Shown piece by piece: positions 20,454-30,261 of a stretch of DNA of 64,000 nucleotides. The notes under the pieces are model-generated. The model worked only from the letters and a program-made list of their open reading frames with translations. It was not told where the DNA came from and searched no databases. Made by a program: the position numbers and the translations under genes. Origin of the DNA: Alphaproteobacteria bacterium (GTDB taxonomy: Bacteria > Pseudomonadota > Alphaproteobacteria > UBA6615); the NCBI GenBank assembly GCA_965261975.1, contig CBDHEC010000008.1, positions 72,049 through 136,048 on the forward strand. Direction: 5' to 3'. Positions within the stretch are counted from its first letter, which is position 1, and every line of letters begins with the position of its first letter.

Positions 20454-21099
20454 GATAACTTTCCCAAAGATCCGCCGTCACGCTGTGCCCGGGCTCCGCA
20501 TCGTCGCCCCACATTTCGCGCCCGTCGAAGCGCACCGCATAGAGATGCTGAGGCGCTTCGCCGTCCATCGTATAGCTGGCATCGGGGAAAACATGGGCCC
20601 CGTGGTGCAGAACGATCTCGCCGACCCGGTCACGCAGATAGCGCGGCAACCGGGTGTGACCCGAATGCATGTGCCGGGCCGTGCGAACCCGGTCACCGGG
20701 ACGAAAGCCCGGCGCCGCCTCGATCTCGCGGCTCGAGGGACGGCCCTTGGGCAGGAACGACAGCAGGCCCGCCGCATCCACGGGCGGGGTCATCCGCTCC
20801 GCATCCGTGTCGGGGCGGCCGTTGCGAACTTCGTCGCGGGTGATCAAACCCTTCTCGATGGCAATGTTCACAAGGCCGGAAGCCCATTTCTCGTAATAGC
20901 TCATCGTCAGATAGTCGCCCGGCGGCAGCCGCTCGAGCGAATGCCGGTTGGCGTCGATGTTCCACCGCCCCCAAAAGCCCATGAGGACTCGCGTTCCCAG
21001 AATCCGGCCCTCCCAGGTGTCATGGAAGACGGGCTCATCCGTCTCCACGGGAACGGAACCGAACCCCTCCACGCCGCCGAGATCGTGGACGCTGTCCAT
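20437..21099 (-). CDS. nthB: Nitrile hydratase beta subunit
   Basis: [38 protein letters not shown]. Confidence 0.96.
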   Translation of the reverse strand: MDSVHDLGGVEGFGSVPVETDEPVFHDTWEGRILGTRVLMGFWGRWNIDANRHSLERLPPGDYLTMSYYEKWASGLVNIAIEKGLITRDEVRNGRPDTDAERMTPPVDAAGLLSFLPKGRPSSREIEAAPGFRPGDRVRTARHMHSGHTRLPRYLRDRVGEIVLHHGAHVFPDASYTMDGEAPQHLYAVRFDGREMWGDDAEPGHSVTADLWESYLVPAA

Positions 21100-21740
21100 C
21101 AAACGGCTCCCGGGTTTAACGCCAGCCCGGTCCCGATCATGGAATCGCGCGTGACCAGGCCGGCCAGGCCGGTCTCGTCCAACCCGTCAGACCCGTCCGG
21201 GCGCTGCGGGACAACGAGGTAGCGGATTTCAGCAGTCGAATCCCAAACGCGTATCTCCACATCGTCGGCGAGCTCAAGGCCGAACTCCGCAATGATCGCG
21301 CGCGGCTCGCGCACCACGCGGGCGCGATATTCGGGCGACTTGTACCAGACCGGCGGCAACCCCAGGACCGGCCACGGGTAGCAGGAGCACAATGTGCAGA
21401 CGACCACATTGTGCACGTGATCCGTATTCTCGACCGCCACCATGTGCTCGCCCTGCATGCCCGAAAAGCCGAGCTCGGCGATCGCCGCCGTCGCATCGTC
21501 GAGAAGGCGTGCGCGATAGTCCGAGTCGGTCCAGACGCGGGCGATGACCTGCGCCCCGTTCTGCGGGCCAATGTCATTGGAGAAGGTGTCGACCAGCGCA
21601 TCCACGGCGGCCGGGTCTACCAGTCCCTTGTCGACCAGCAATGTCTCGAGCGCCTTGGCGCGTAACGCCGGATCCGACGGCAACAACGAATGCGCATGTT
21701 CGTGCTCATGCGCGTGATCATGATCTGCTTTCTTCGCCAT
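21099..21740 (-). CDS. nthA: Nitrile hydratase alpha subunit, cobalt type
   Basis: Metal-binding VCTLCSCY (Thr/Tyr = Co type), [17 protein letters not shown]. Confidence 0.97.
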   Translation of the reverse strand: MAKKADHDHAHEHEHAHSLLPSDPALRAKALETLLVDKGLVDPAAVDALVDTFSNDIGPQNGAQVIARVWTDSDYRARLLDDATAAIAELGFSGMQGEHMVAVENTDHVHNVVVCTLCSCYPWPVLGLPPVWYKSPEYRARVVREPRAIIAEFGLELADDVEIRVWDSTAEIRYLVVPQRPDGSDGLDETGLAGLVTRDSMIGTGLALNPGAV

Positions 21741-21761
21741 ATCGCCCGCAATCCGCACCTA

Positions 21762-21783
21762 AATAGTGATCCTCACCACTATT
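21762..21783. promoter_or_regulatory. Inverted repeat AATAGTG-N8-CACTATT, candidate operator of the nitrile hydratase operon
   Basis: Perfect 7-bp AT-rich arms about 20 bp upstream of the nthA ATG. Confidence 0.4.
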
Positions 21784-21883
21784 CAACATAATCGCGCCGA
21801 ATTCAAAACGCCGCCACGCGGAGCCGGATTGCGCCACGAGCAGACACAGACTTGGGGGCAAAACTCAGATGATTTGAAATCCT

Positions 21884-21960
21884 TGGCGCGCCCGGGAAGA
21901 TTCGAACTCCCAACCTCCTGATCCGTAGTCAGACGCTCTATCCAGTTGAGCTACGGGCGC
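21884..21960 (-). tRNA. tRNA-Arg (anticodon ACG), CCA encoded
   Basis: GCGCCCGTAGCTCAACTGGATAGAGCGTCTGACT-ACG-GATCAGGAGGTTGGGAGTTCGAATCTTCCCGGGCGCGCCA, 77-nt cloverleaf. Confidence 0.97.
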
Positions 21961-22196
21961 TTTGGCCAAGGCGCGCGGAAGCTAATCAAATGCCTCGCCG
22001 ATTGCAAGTATCTGAAGACCGGTATCCCTGTCTGCGAAATGTCGCGAAAATCCGGTCCAAAAGCCGCTTGCCCGGTCCAATGCCAATCGGTAACATCCGG
22101 CGCAACCATTTGGCTAATCAGCAATTTTTGTGCGTTCGCCGCTTCTGCGGCATTATTTGGGGGACGCGCAGGGGCATTTGAGGGACAAGGGAGCGG

Positions 22197-23345
22197 ATGA
22201 CCATAACACGCACCTGGTCGGCACTGGCCGGCGCAGCGCTGCTACTCGCGGCCTGCGATTTCACAGACGACGCACTCATTCCGTCCCTGACGGGCGAGCC
22301 TCCTTCCGGCGGCGACCGGCAGGTGATTGTCGCGAGCGCGGCTGAAAGAAACCCGCAACCGACCATCTCCGGCGCACCACCGCAGCTTGGCCAGAATAAT
22401 TTCCAGCCCGGTGGCGTGACGGCCGGGCAGCCCACGGGCACCGAAGTCGGGCGACGCGTGGAACGCCTGCGCGGCGACCTTGGACGCCTGCAGGCAAGTA
22501 TCGGCAATGGCAACGAAGTGCTTCAGGGACTGCGCCAGCAGACCATCGCAAACGCAAACACCTACCAAAGCCTCGTCGCCGACATTCAGGCACGCCTCCA
22601 GGTGGGTACGACACCGGGCAACCCGAATCTTGTCGCAGCCTGGACCCAGGCCCAGATGACGCTCGATCAGATTTCCGACGGTGTCGGACAGATGAACGGC
22701 CTGTCGAACAGCGTCGCGGACAGCAGCGCGCTGGCTGCGTTCATTCTGGAATCCGTACGCGCCACCTACGGCCTCACCGGTGCGATCGACGAAGACCATC
22801 GCCAGCTCGCCATTCTCGAGGATGAGGTCAACCGCACCGTGGTGCTGATCGACCGCCTGCTCAACGAACTGAGCGAAGACATATCGCGCCAGACCAACTA
22901 TGTCGGTCGCGAGCGCAGCAACGTCACCGTGCTGTCACTCGCCGTGAAGAACGGCGAGCTGTTCGGCACCAGCCTGGCCAACCGCGCCTTCGGCACCGCC
23001 GCGCCTGCGCGCGGCCCGTCAAACCCGGTGGCCAATCTGGCGAACCGCCGCCCGCTCGTGGTGATCCGCTTCGACCGCCCGAACGTGCCCTATCAGGAGC
23101 CGCTCTTCACCGCCGCCAGCGAAGCGCTGAACCGGCGCCCGGGTGCGGTGTTCGACATCGTCTCGATCGTGCCCCAGCAGGGCACGCCGGCACAGGTCGC
23201 GCTGTCCGCCAACCAGTCGCGGCGCAACGCCGAGCAGGTGCTCCAGACGCTGATCCAGATGGGTCTGCCGAGTGATCGCCTGTCGCTGAGCTCCACTTCC
23301 AGTGCGGATGTGGGCAGCAACGAGGTGCATATCTACGTCAGATAG
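22197..23345 (+). CDS. Hypothetical lipoprotein with a long coiled coil and a degenerate OmpA-like C-terminal domain
   Basis: Lipobox LLLAAC; heptad-rich middle; PLVVIRFDR...RRNAEQV...GLPSDRL...NEVHIYVR. Confidence 0.8.
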   Translation: MTITRTWSALAGAALLLAACDFTDDALIPSLTGEPPSGGDRQVIVASAAERNPQPTISGAPPQLGQNNFQPGGVTAGQPTGTEVGRRVERLRGDLGRLQASIGNGNEVLQGLRQQTIANANTYQSLVADIQARLQVGTTPGNPNLVAAWTQAQMTLDQISDGVGQMNGLSNSVADSSALAAFILESVRATYGLTGAIDEDHRQLAILEDEVNRTVVLIDRLLNELSEDISRQTNYVGRERSNVTVLSLAVKNGELFGTSLANRAFGTAAPARGPSNPVANLANRRPLVVIRFDRPNVPYQEPLFTAASEALNRRPGAVFDIVSIVPQQGTPAQVALSANQSRRNAEQVLQTLIQMGLPSDRLSLSSTSSADVGSNEVHIYVR

Positions 23346-23386
23346 TCCGGGGCCCGGCTCACACCGGGATCTCCCGCCATGTCTGT

Positions 23387-25765
23387 CTAGCGGTCGCGCT
23401 CGTCGAGCGCGCGGTCGAATGCAGCCAGCCGTTCGGCGACCCGCGCGTAGACACTGCCGGCAGGATAGTTGCCGTCCGAGTCGGGCACCCCTGCTTCCAT
23501 CCCGGTGAACAATTCGACCGCTTCGTCCACATGGGCTGCCGAATAAGCGTGGAACCGACCCGCCGTGACATCCGCCGACATCTCGTCATCGAGGATGAGG
23601 CTCGGTTCGTTGGACCGGGGGAAAACGACCCCCTGGTCGCCCGTCAGCGGCCCCGCCTCCACGCAGGTGCGATAGAAGCCCTCGGCCTTCTCGATCAACC
23701 CGCCAATTGCCTGCACCTCACCGCGCTGGTTGACCGAGCCCGTGACCGCAAGGTCCTGGCGCAACGGCACATCGGCGAGATCCGACAGGATTGTCAGAAC
23801 CTCGGCCAGCGAGGCGCTGTCTCCCTCGACCCCGCCATAGCTCTGCTCGAAGGTGATCGAGGCGTTGAATGACAACGGCGTGCGCCGCGCGAAAAGCCCG
23901 GCGAGGAACCCCTGGATGACCATCGCACCCTTTTGCTGGATCGGTCCGCCGAGCGAAGTCTCGCGTTCGATATTGGTCACGCCGCGGCGGCCGATCGATG
24001 TCCGCGCAGTCACGCGTGACGGCGTGCCGAAGGCATGATCACCCATGTCGCGGACAGTCAGCCCGTTGACCTGGCCGACCTCACTGCCAGACGTGGAGAT
24101 CATCACCGTACCGCGATGGATCGATTCCTGAGTCCGGTCCTCGATCCGCGCATTGCGGTTGCGGCGGCTTCGGCGTGACGCGCGCACAGCCTCGGCATCA
24201 ATCTGTGTCGCGCCATTCGCGCGGGCCGTGTAGATCGCTTCGTTGACGATATCCTCGACCAGTTCAAAACGTGCCGACAGCTTGGTCCGGTCGGCCGCGA
24301 TACGCGCGGCATAACCAAGCAGGTAATGGATCGCATCGGGCGTACAGGTGGTGGCGCCATGCTTGTTCGCGTAGCCCTGAAGCAGCCCCGCATAGCAGGC
24401 GAGGTTCCCGCTGTTGGCTTCCATGTCGGCATCGATCTCGGCCTTCACCTTGAAATAGGCCTGAAACTCTGGGTCGACAGAGAAGAAGGTGTAATACCAT
24501 TGCGGCGCGCCGACGATGACCACCTTCACATCGAGGGGGACCGGCGCGGGCTTCGGCGCTCCGGCCACGGGGATTCCGCCGGCGCGATACTGCTCCTCCA
24601 TACGCACCATGCCATCTCGCAGCGCGCCCTTGAGCTGGTCCCAGCCACCCGCCTGGGCGGCGATAGCCTCGGCGCGCAACACCAGGACACCCCCATTCGC
24701 GCGATGTAACGCACCGGGCTGAATGAGCGAATAATCGGTCTGCAGGACACCCCCGACCTGACGATACTCGATCTGGCCGAAGAGATTGGCGTAGGTCGGG
24801 TTGCCCTCAAGCACGATGGGTGGCCCGGAGACATCTCCATTGTCGACCAGCAAATTGACCGCGTAGCGCGACTCTGCCGTCGGCGCTGCGGGTTGCAGGC
24901 CCGCAGGCGAACCCTCGGCCGCCTCGGCGGCCGGCTGAAACAAGGCCAGGTTCTCAAGCAGGTCGACCCGGAAGGCGACCAGCCAGCGGTTGAGGCCCTG
25001 CACATCGGAAAAGCGTGAAATCAGCTCGTCGACCAGACCGCCGACCGCGTTCTCAGCCACCGCACGGTTCAACTCGCGCACATCTTCCGCCAGCTTCGCC
25101 TGGCGGCGCGCGGCATCCCGGTTGATCTCGGCGAGCATCTGGCTGACACGCTGACCGGCCTCTTCCAAGGCCTTGCGCTCTGCCTCGGGCAGGTCTGAGA
25201 CATCGCGCGGCTTACCGTCATCGTCCATTGCGGCGACCGCCAATCCCTGCGGCGACTGCACGAGGGACAGACCGGCGGCTTCCGCCTCCGCACGCGCCGC
25301 CTCGATGGCGGTGCCGATCTCGGCACGCATCGCGGAATCTTCGTCATGCAGACGTTGTTGGTACTCCTCGCGCGCGAAGGCCTGGTGAAGCGCGTCGCGC
25401 AGCTGCGGGACAAGTGCTGCCATATCGTCGCGGAATTTCCGTCCCTCGCCAGCCGGCAGGCGCACGGCCAACGGCTCGTTCGAACGGCGGAAATTATTGA
25501 GGTAAATCCAGTCATCGGGGCGCGGACCATCACCCAGCGCCTCGTCGAGGTAGGAGAGTGTCGCGGTCATGCGCCCGCTGCGGTCTTCGCCCACGACAAA
25601 GATGTTGAACCCCGGATCGCGCGCACCGAGCCCGAATTCCAGGGCCTCGCGCGCACGCGCATGGCTCGACAGGGAAAACACCCGGACGTCGGGTGTCCCA
25701 TCGGTGTCCGTGATCTCGAACGCCGGAAACCCCGCGTCGACCGATTCGATTTCCCTGACTGGCAT
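23387..25765 (-). CDS. Lon-like protease (peptidase S16, LonC-type)
   Basis: DWIYLNNF, GALHRANGG, GQVNGL, FEQSYGGVEGDSAS (Ser), GGLIEK (Lys); GGAGG RBS before ATG 25765. Confidence 0.92.
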   Translation of the reverse strand: MPVREIESVDAGFPAFEITDTDGTPDVRVFSLSSHARAREALEFGLGARDPGFNIFVVGEDRSGRMTATLSYLDEALGDGPRPDDWIYLNNFRRSNEPLAVRLPAGEGRKFRDDMAALVPQLRDALHQAFAREEYQQRLHDEDSAMRAEIGTAIEAARAEAEAAGLSLVQSPQGLAVAAMDDDGKPRDVSDLPEAERKALEEAGQRVSQMLAEINRDAARRQAKLAEDVRELNRAVAENAVGGLVDELISRFSDVQGLNRWLVAFRVDLLENLALFQPAAEAAEGSPAGLQPAAPTAESRYAVNLLVDNGDVSGPPIVLEGNPTYANLFGQIEYRQVGGVLQTDYSLIQPGALHRANGGVLVLRAEAIAAQAGGWDQLKGALRDGMVRMEEQYRAGGIPVAGAPKPAPVPLDVKVVIVGAPQWYYTFFSVDPEFQAYFKVKAEIDADMEANSGNLACYAGLLQGYANKHGATTCTPDAIHYLLGYAARIAADRTKLSARFELVEDIVNEAIYTARANGATQIDAEAVRASRRSRRNRNARIEDRTQESIHRGTVMISTSGSEVGQVNGLTVRDMGDHAFGTPSRVTARTSIGRRGVTNIERETSLGGPIQQKGAMVIQGFLAGLFARRTPLSFNASITFEQSYGGVEGDSASLAEVLTILSDLADVPLRQDLAVTGSVNQRGEVQAIGGLIEKAEGFYRTCVEAGPLTGDQGVVFPRSNEPSLILDDEMSADVTAGRFHAYSAAHVDEAVELFTGMEAGVPDSDGNYPAGSVYARVAERLAAFDRALDERDR

Positions 25766-25853
25766 GGCTTCCTCCCTATGAGGACGAACTATACAGCCTC
25801 GGCCAATCATCGTCCCGCTCGCAACGACGCGTGACAGCCGCCATAATCTTCAC

Positions 25854-26291
25854 ATGTCCGTCACCGTTCGCTCTTTGCTGGCCGTGTTTCTTTTGTGTCT
25901 GATAGGGGCCGTCCCGGCTGGGGCAGAACCTGCGGCACCGACAAAAGACAGCCGCGCCTTCGCAACGGTGATCGAGAGCCAGATCGCGGCCTTCGCCCGA
26001 GACGACGCGGACGCCGCCTTCGCCCTGGCCAGCCCGGACATTCGCCGCACTTTCATGACCGCGGAACGGTTTATGCAGATGGTGCGGTCGTCATTCCAAC
26101 CGGTCTACCGGCCCCGCACCTACAGTTTCGGCGACCCGGCCCTGGTCGGGGGCATCCCGGTACAACCGGTGCGCGTGATCGGTCCGGACGGGCGCGGCGT
26201 GGTGGCGCTGTACCGCATGGAAAGGCAATCCGACGGTAGATGGCGTATCGCCGGCGTCACGCTGCACCCCAGCGGCGAACGCGGCATCTAG
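25854..26291 (+). CDS. DUF4864-like exported protein
   Basis: Signal peptide; [23 protein letters not shown]...F..MV...PVYRP...YRMERQ.DG.WRI.GV. Confidence 0.8.
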   Translation: MSVTVRSLLAVFLLCLIGAVPAGAEPAAPTKDSRAFATVIESQIAAFARDDADAAFALASPDIRRTFMTAERFMQMVRSSFQPVYRPRTYSFGDPALVGGIPVQPVRVIGPDGRGVVALYRMERQSDGRWRIAGVTLHPSGERGI

Positions 26292-26401
26292 CATCGCGCG
26301 ACAGTTGGTCCACAGCCAAGTCCACAGCGACGATTGCACCGCCCCACGGTGCCCGCTTTAATACCCGCTGTTCAATTCTCCGCAATCAGATCGGTTCCGA
26401 C

Positions 26402-26869
26402 ATGGCCAGCTCTCAGCATGATTTTCCTGTTTCCTGGGAACAACTACACCGCGACGCCAAGGCACTCGCATGGCGACTGAAGGAGAGAGGCCCCTGGAAT
26501 CAGATTGTTGCCATCACCCGCGGCGGGCTGGTGCCTGCTGCGATCGTCGCGCGCGAACTCGAGCTGCGTCTGGTCGACACCGTATGTGTGTCGTCCTATG
26601 ACCATCAGGCACAGGGCGAACTCACAATCCTCAAGAAAGTTGAGGGCGATGGCGAGGGCACCTTGATCGTCGACGATCTGGTCGATACCGGGAATACCGC
26701 GAAGATCGTCCGCGAAATGCTGCCCAAGGCCCATTTCGCCACCGTCTATGCAAAGCCCGCCGGCCGGCCGCTGGTTGAAACCTTCGTGACCGAGGTCAGC
26801 CAGGACACCTGGATCCATTTCCCATGGGATCTGGAACTGCAATTCGTCCAGCCGATCGCCGCAAACTAG
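26402..26869 (+). CDS. gpt: Xanthine-guanine phosphoribosyltransferase
   Basis: [23 protein letters not shown] loop [22 protein letters not shown]. Confidence 0.95.
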   Translation: MASSQHDFPVSWEQLHRDAKALAWRLKERGPWNQIVAITRGGLVPAAIVARELELRLVDTVCVSSYDHQAQGELTILKKVEGDGEGTLIVDDLVDTGNTAKIVREMLPKAHFATVYAKPAGRPLVETFVTEVSQDTWIHFPWDLELQFVQPIAAN

Positions 26870-26884
26870 ACAAAGCGCGGCCGC

Positions 26885-27751
26885 TCAGCCCGCCCGCGCC
26901 GTTCGCAGGCGCGGGTCGAGCACATCACGCAGCCCATCCCCGAGCAGGTTCAGGCCCAGCACGGCGAGCGCAATCGCCAGCCCGGGCAGGATCGCCAGCT
27001 TGGGGTCGAGCGCCATAAACGTCTGCGCATCGAACAGCATCCGCCCCCAGCTCGGGGCGGGCGGCTGGGTGCCAAGCCCGAGATAGGCGAGCGCCGCCTC
27101 GGCCAGGATTGCCACGGCAAACTGGATCGTCGCCTGGACGATCAGCACCGGGGCAATATTCGGCAGGATGTGGTCACGGGTTACGGCCGCCGGTGATTTT
27201 CCGATCGCAAGTCCCGCGCGGGCATATTCCTGGCCCCAGACCTGGTTGGCAGCACCGCGCGCAACCCGCGCAAACACCGGCACGTTGAAAATACCGATGG
27301 CGATGATTGCGTTGACGGCACCGGGCCCGAAGATCGCGGTGATCAGGATGGCCGAGACAATCGCAGGGAAAGCGAACACGATATCTGCGCCGCGGGCCAC
27401 GAGATCATCAACCCAACCACCCCGTGTCGCCGCGAGAAGGCCCAGGCTCACCCCGACAACGAGACCGATCCCGACGGCCACCACGCCGACCATGATCGAA
27501 TTACGCGCACCGATCATCAGCCGGGTCGCGATGTCGCGCCCGAAATGGTCGGTCCCGAGCCAATGCGCCGCGCTCGGCCCCTGCATGCGCTGGGTGATCG
27601 ACACGGCGTCGAAAGCATGCGGCGTCCAGATTAGCGAGACCAGCGCGACCAGCATCAGAGCCCCAGTCAGGATTGCCCCGATCAGGAAATTAGGATGACG
27701 CAGCAAGCGCGACACCCGCCCCGGCTGCATTGATTGATGCGTCAGGCTCAT
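26885..27751 (-). CDS. Peptide/nickel ABC transporter permease (DppC-like)
   Basis: HWLGTDHFGRD, HILPN, LAEAALAYLGLG, NLLGDGLRD.LDPR; ATG at 27751 overlaps the upstream stop. Confidence 0.93.
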   Translation of the reverse strand: MSLTHQSMQPGRVSRLLRHPNFLIGAILTGALMLVALVSLIWTPHAFDAVSITQRMQGPSAAHWLGTDHFGRDIATRLMIGARNSIMVGVVAVGIGLVVGVSLGLLAATRGGWVDDLVARGADIVFAFPAIVSAILITAIFGPGAVNAIIAIGIFNVPVFARVARGAANQVWGQEYARAGLAIGKSPAAVTRDHILPNIAPVLIVQATIQFAVAILAEAALAYLGLGTQPPAPSWGRMLFDAQTFMALDPKLAILPGLAIALAVLGLNLLGDGLRDVLDPRLRTARAG

Positions 27752-28695
27752 GGTGCGCGCCGCGTGCGCGGGTCGATCGCGGTGGTGGCGACATCGACCA
27801 GGAAGTTCACCACAACAACAAGTCCGACGAGCAGCAGGGTCACGTCGCGCAAGACCACCAGATCGCGCTGGCTGACGGCCTGAAAAATCAGCCGCCCGAC
27901 GCCCGGCAGGGCAAACACCACCTCTATCACGATCGAACCGGCGAGCAGGAATGCAAACTGCAGTCCGATGATCGTGATCATGGGAATGAGTGCGTTGCGC
28001 AACACATGGCTCCACAGGACCCGCCGTGACGCCAGCCCCTTGGCCCGAGCCGTGCGCACATAATCGGCCCCCAGCGTGTCGAGTACCGACGTTCGCGTCA
28101 CCCGCGCGAGAATCGCCGCTTCGGGCAGGGCCAGCGAAAGCGCCGGCAACACAAGGGCCCAGAGGGCCGCCCCCAGGCCGGCGTCCCAGCCCGGAAAGCC
28201 AGAGGCCGGAAACCAGCCGAGCGCGACGGCGAAAATCAGAATCGAGAGGATCGCAAACCAGAAGTTCGGGATTGCCATGCCGACCTGACTGAAACCCATC
28301 ACGCCATAATCACCGGGCCGTCCCCGGCGGGTCGCCGCCAGCATCCCGAGTGGAATGGCAATCAACGTCGACAGCGCCAAGGCAATCAGGGCCAGCGGTA
28401 CCGTCAGTGTCAGGCGTTCCCCGATCAGCTGCGAGACGGGGACATCGTAGGTGTGGCTGATGCCGGTCGTACCCGACGCAAGCCCGCCGATCCAGGCGAG
28501 GTAGCGAAACACCGCCGGCCGGTCGAGACCCATCTGGCTGCGCAGCGCGGCCAGCGTGTCGTCCTGTGCTTCGGTTCCCAGGATCAGAAGCGCGGCGTCA
28601 CCGGGCAGGATCTCCAGCACGAGGAAGATGACCAGGCTGGCCACCAGCAACGTGACCAGGAGCACCATTACCCGACGGGCGAGATAGGTCAGCAT
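27748..28695 (-). CDS. Peptide/nickel ABC transporter permease (DppB-like)
   Basis: LPGD, GLDRP, DYVRTARAKGL, HVLRNAL, IEVVFALPGVG, IDPR. Confidence 0.94.
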   Translation of the reverse strand: MLTYLARRVMVLLVTLLVASLVIFLVLEILPGDAALLILGTEAQDDTLAALRSQMGLDRPAVFRYLAWIGGLASGTTGISHTYDVPVSQLIGERLTLTVPLALIALALSTLIAIPLGMLAATRRGRPGDYGVMGFSQVGMAIPNFWFAILSILIFAVALGWFPASGFPGWDAGLGAALWALVLPALSLALPEAAILARVTRTSVLDTLGADYVRTARAKGLASRRVLWSHVLRNALIPMITIIGLQFAFLLAGSIVIEVVFALPGVGRLIFQAVSQRDLVVLRDVTLLLVGLVVVVNFLVDVATTAIDPRTRRAP

Positions 28696-28722
28696 GATGG
28701 GTGTCCGGCGAGGCCCGGGCGT

Positions 28723-30207
28723 CTACTCCCAGCGAACGCCGGTGACGTCGGTTGCCTGTACCGGCGCGTTCCGCCACATGCCCTTGAGCCCCTTGCGCCA
28801 GACGCCCAGCTTGGCGAGCTGGAACATGTAGGCGTTCACCGCGTCCGATGTGATCGTGCGCTGGGCCTGCCCGAGAATGCGGTTCCGCGCCGCCTGATCG
28901 CTTGTGTTGTTGAGGCGGGCCATCAGCGCCTTGAGCGAGGGGGAATCATAGTTGAAGTAGTATTTGTCGCGCGCGTAGATGCCGATATCGACGGGCTCGG
29001 TGTGGGACACAATCGTCAGGTCATAGTCGTCGCCGCGGAACACCTGCTCGAGCCACTGCGCCCACTCGACCGGGATAATCTCCACTTCAATACCCGCCTC
29101 TTTCAGCTGGGCCGCGACGATCTCCCCGCCGCGTCGCGCATAGGTCGGCGGCGGTAATTTGAGTGTAAGCTCGAGATCGGCCTGACCTGCATCCGCCAGC
29201 AGCGCACGCGCCCGGTCCGGGTCATGGGGATAGGTTTCGAGCAAATCCACATAAGCCGGATGGTGGGGTGCGAAATGGGTGCCGATGGGCGTGCCGAAGC
29301 CAAACATGGCACCATCGATGATCGCCTGCTGATCGATCGCATGGGCAATGGCCTGCCGGACCCGGACATCATTCAGGGGCGGCCGGCCATTATTCATGGC
29401 AAGAATGGTCTCGCCCTCGGTTGAGCCGATCGCGACCTCGAAATTCGGGTCGGCCTGCAACGCGATGACCGCCTCGGGGGCCTGCAGGTTCACGACCGCA
29501 TCGATGTCACCCGCCTTGAGCGCCGCGACCTGTGCCGATGGATCGGGGACGAAGCGGAACGTCACCTTGCGGATCGCGCGCGTATCATCGGTTGCCACAA
29601 GCCGGATCTGCGAGCCGCGCACCCAGCGGTCGAACTTGAAGGGCCCGGTCCCGATCGGGGCCACCTTGTTCGTCGCGGCCGATTCCGGTGCGACGATCAC
29701 CGCATCCCCCCAGCCCAGATTGAACAGCAACGCGCCTTCCGGCCGAGACAGGGTGATCCTTACGGTTCGAGGGTCCACCGCTTCGACCGCGTCGATCGCC
29801 GCAAACAGGGGCTTCTGGGCATTCACCGAATCATCCGCCCGGGCGCGGTCGAGTGAAAAGACGACATCGTCGGCATCGAAATCCGTGCCGTCATGGAACG
29901 TCACGCCGTCCTTCAGTGTGAAAGTGTAGACCCGGCCGTCACCGGAAACCTTCCAGCTTTCAGCGAGCTGGGGCTGGACTGCGCCATTCTCGTCGATCCG
30001 GGTCAGCCCCTGGAACAGGTTGGCATAGACGATTTCATCGATCGCCGCGGCGGCGCCCGCCGTCGGATCGAGATGCGGCGGCTCGAGGGTGAGCCCGATG
30101 GTGAGAGAGTCTTTCGGCTGGGCCTGTGCGCCCGGCGCTGCCAGGAAGGCCAGGCCGGAGGCGACCACTATGGCTGCGGCAAAGCGCTTCGTCTTCATAT
30201 CGACCAT
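28723..30207 (-). CDS. ABC transporter substrate-binding protein, family 5
   Basis: Signal peptide, PQLAESW, F.LKDGVTFHDG, GTGPF, DVRVRQAIAHAID. Confidence 0.94.
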   Translation of the reverse strand: MVDMKTKRFAAAIVVASGLAFLAAPGAQAQPKDSLTIGLTLEPPHLDPTAGAAAAIDEIVYANLFQGLTRIDENGAVQPQLAESWKVSGDGRVYTFTLKDGVTFHDGTDFDADDVVFSLDRARADDSVNAQKPLFAAIDAVEAVDPRTVRITLSRPEGALLFNLGWGDAVIVAPESAATNKVAPIGTGPFKFDRWVRGSQIRLVATDDTRAIRKVTFRFVPDPSAQVAALKAGDIDAVVNLQAPEAVIALQADPNFEVAIGSTEGETILAMNNGRPPLNDVRVRQAIAHAIDQQAIIDGAMFGFGTPIGTHFAPHHPAYVDLLETYPHDPDRARALLADAGQADLELTLKLPPPTYARRGGEIVAAQLKEAGIEVEIIPVEWAQWLEQVFRGDDYDLTIVSHTEPVDIGIYARDKYYFNYDSPSLKALMARLNNTSDQAARNRILGQAQRTITSDAVNAYMFQLAKLGVWRKGLKGMWRNAPVQATDVTGVRWE

Positions 30208-30261
30208 TCCCTTGCGTGAATTCCTGTCGCGCGAAACCTAGCAAATCCCGGCGATCAGCGT

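Noticed and set aside
21840-21960. Prophage or ICE attachment at tRNA-Arg
   Set aside because: No integrase or phage genes, and I found no duplicate of the tRNA 3' end by eye; kept only as a weak island hypothesis
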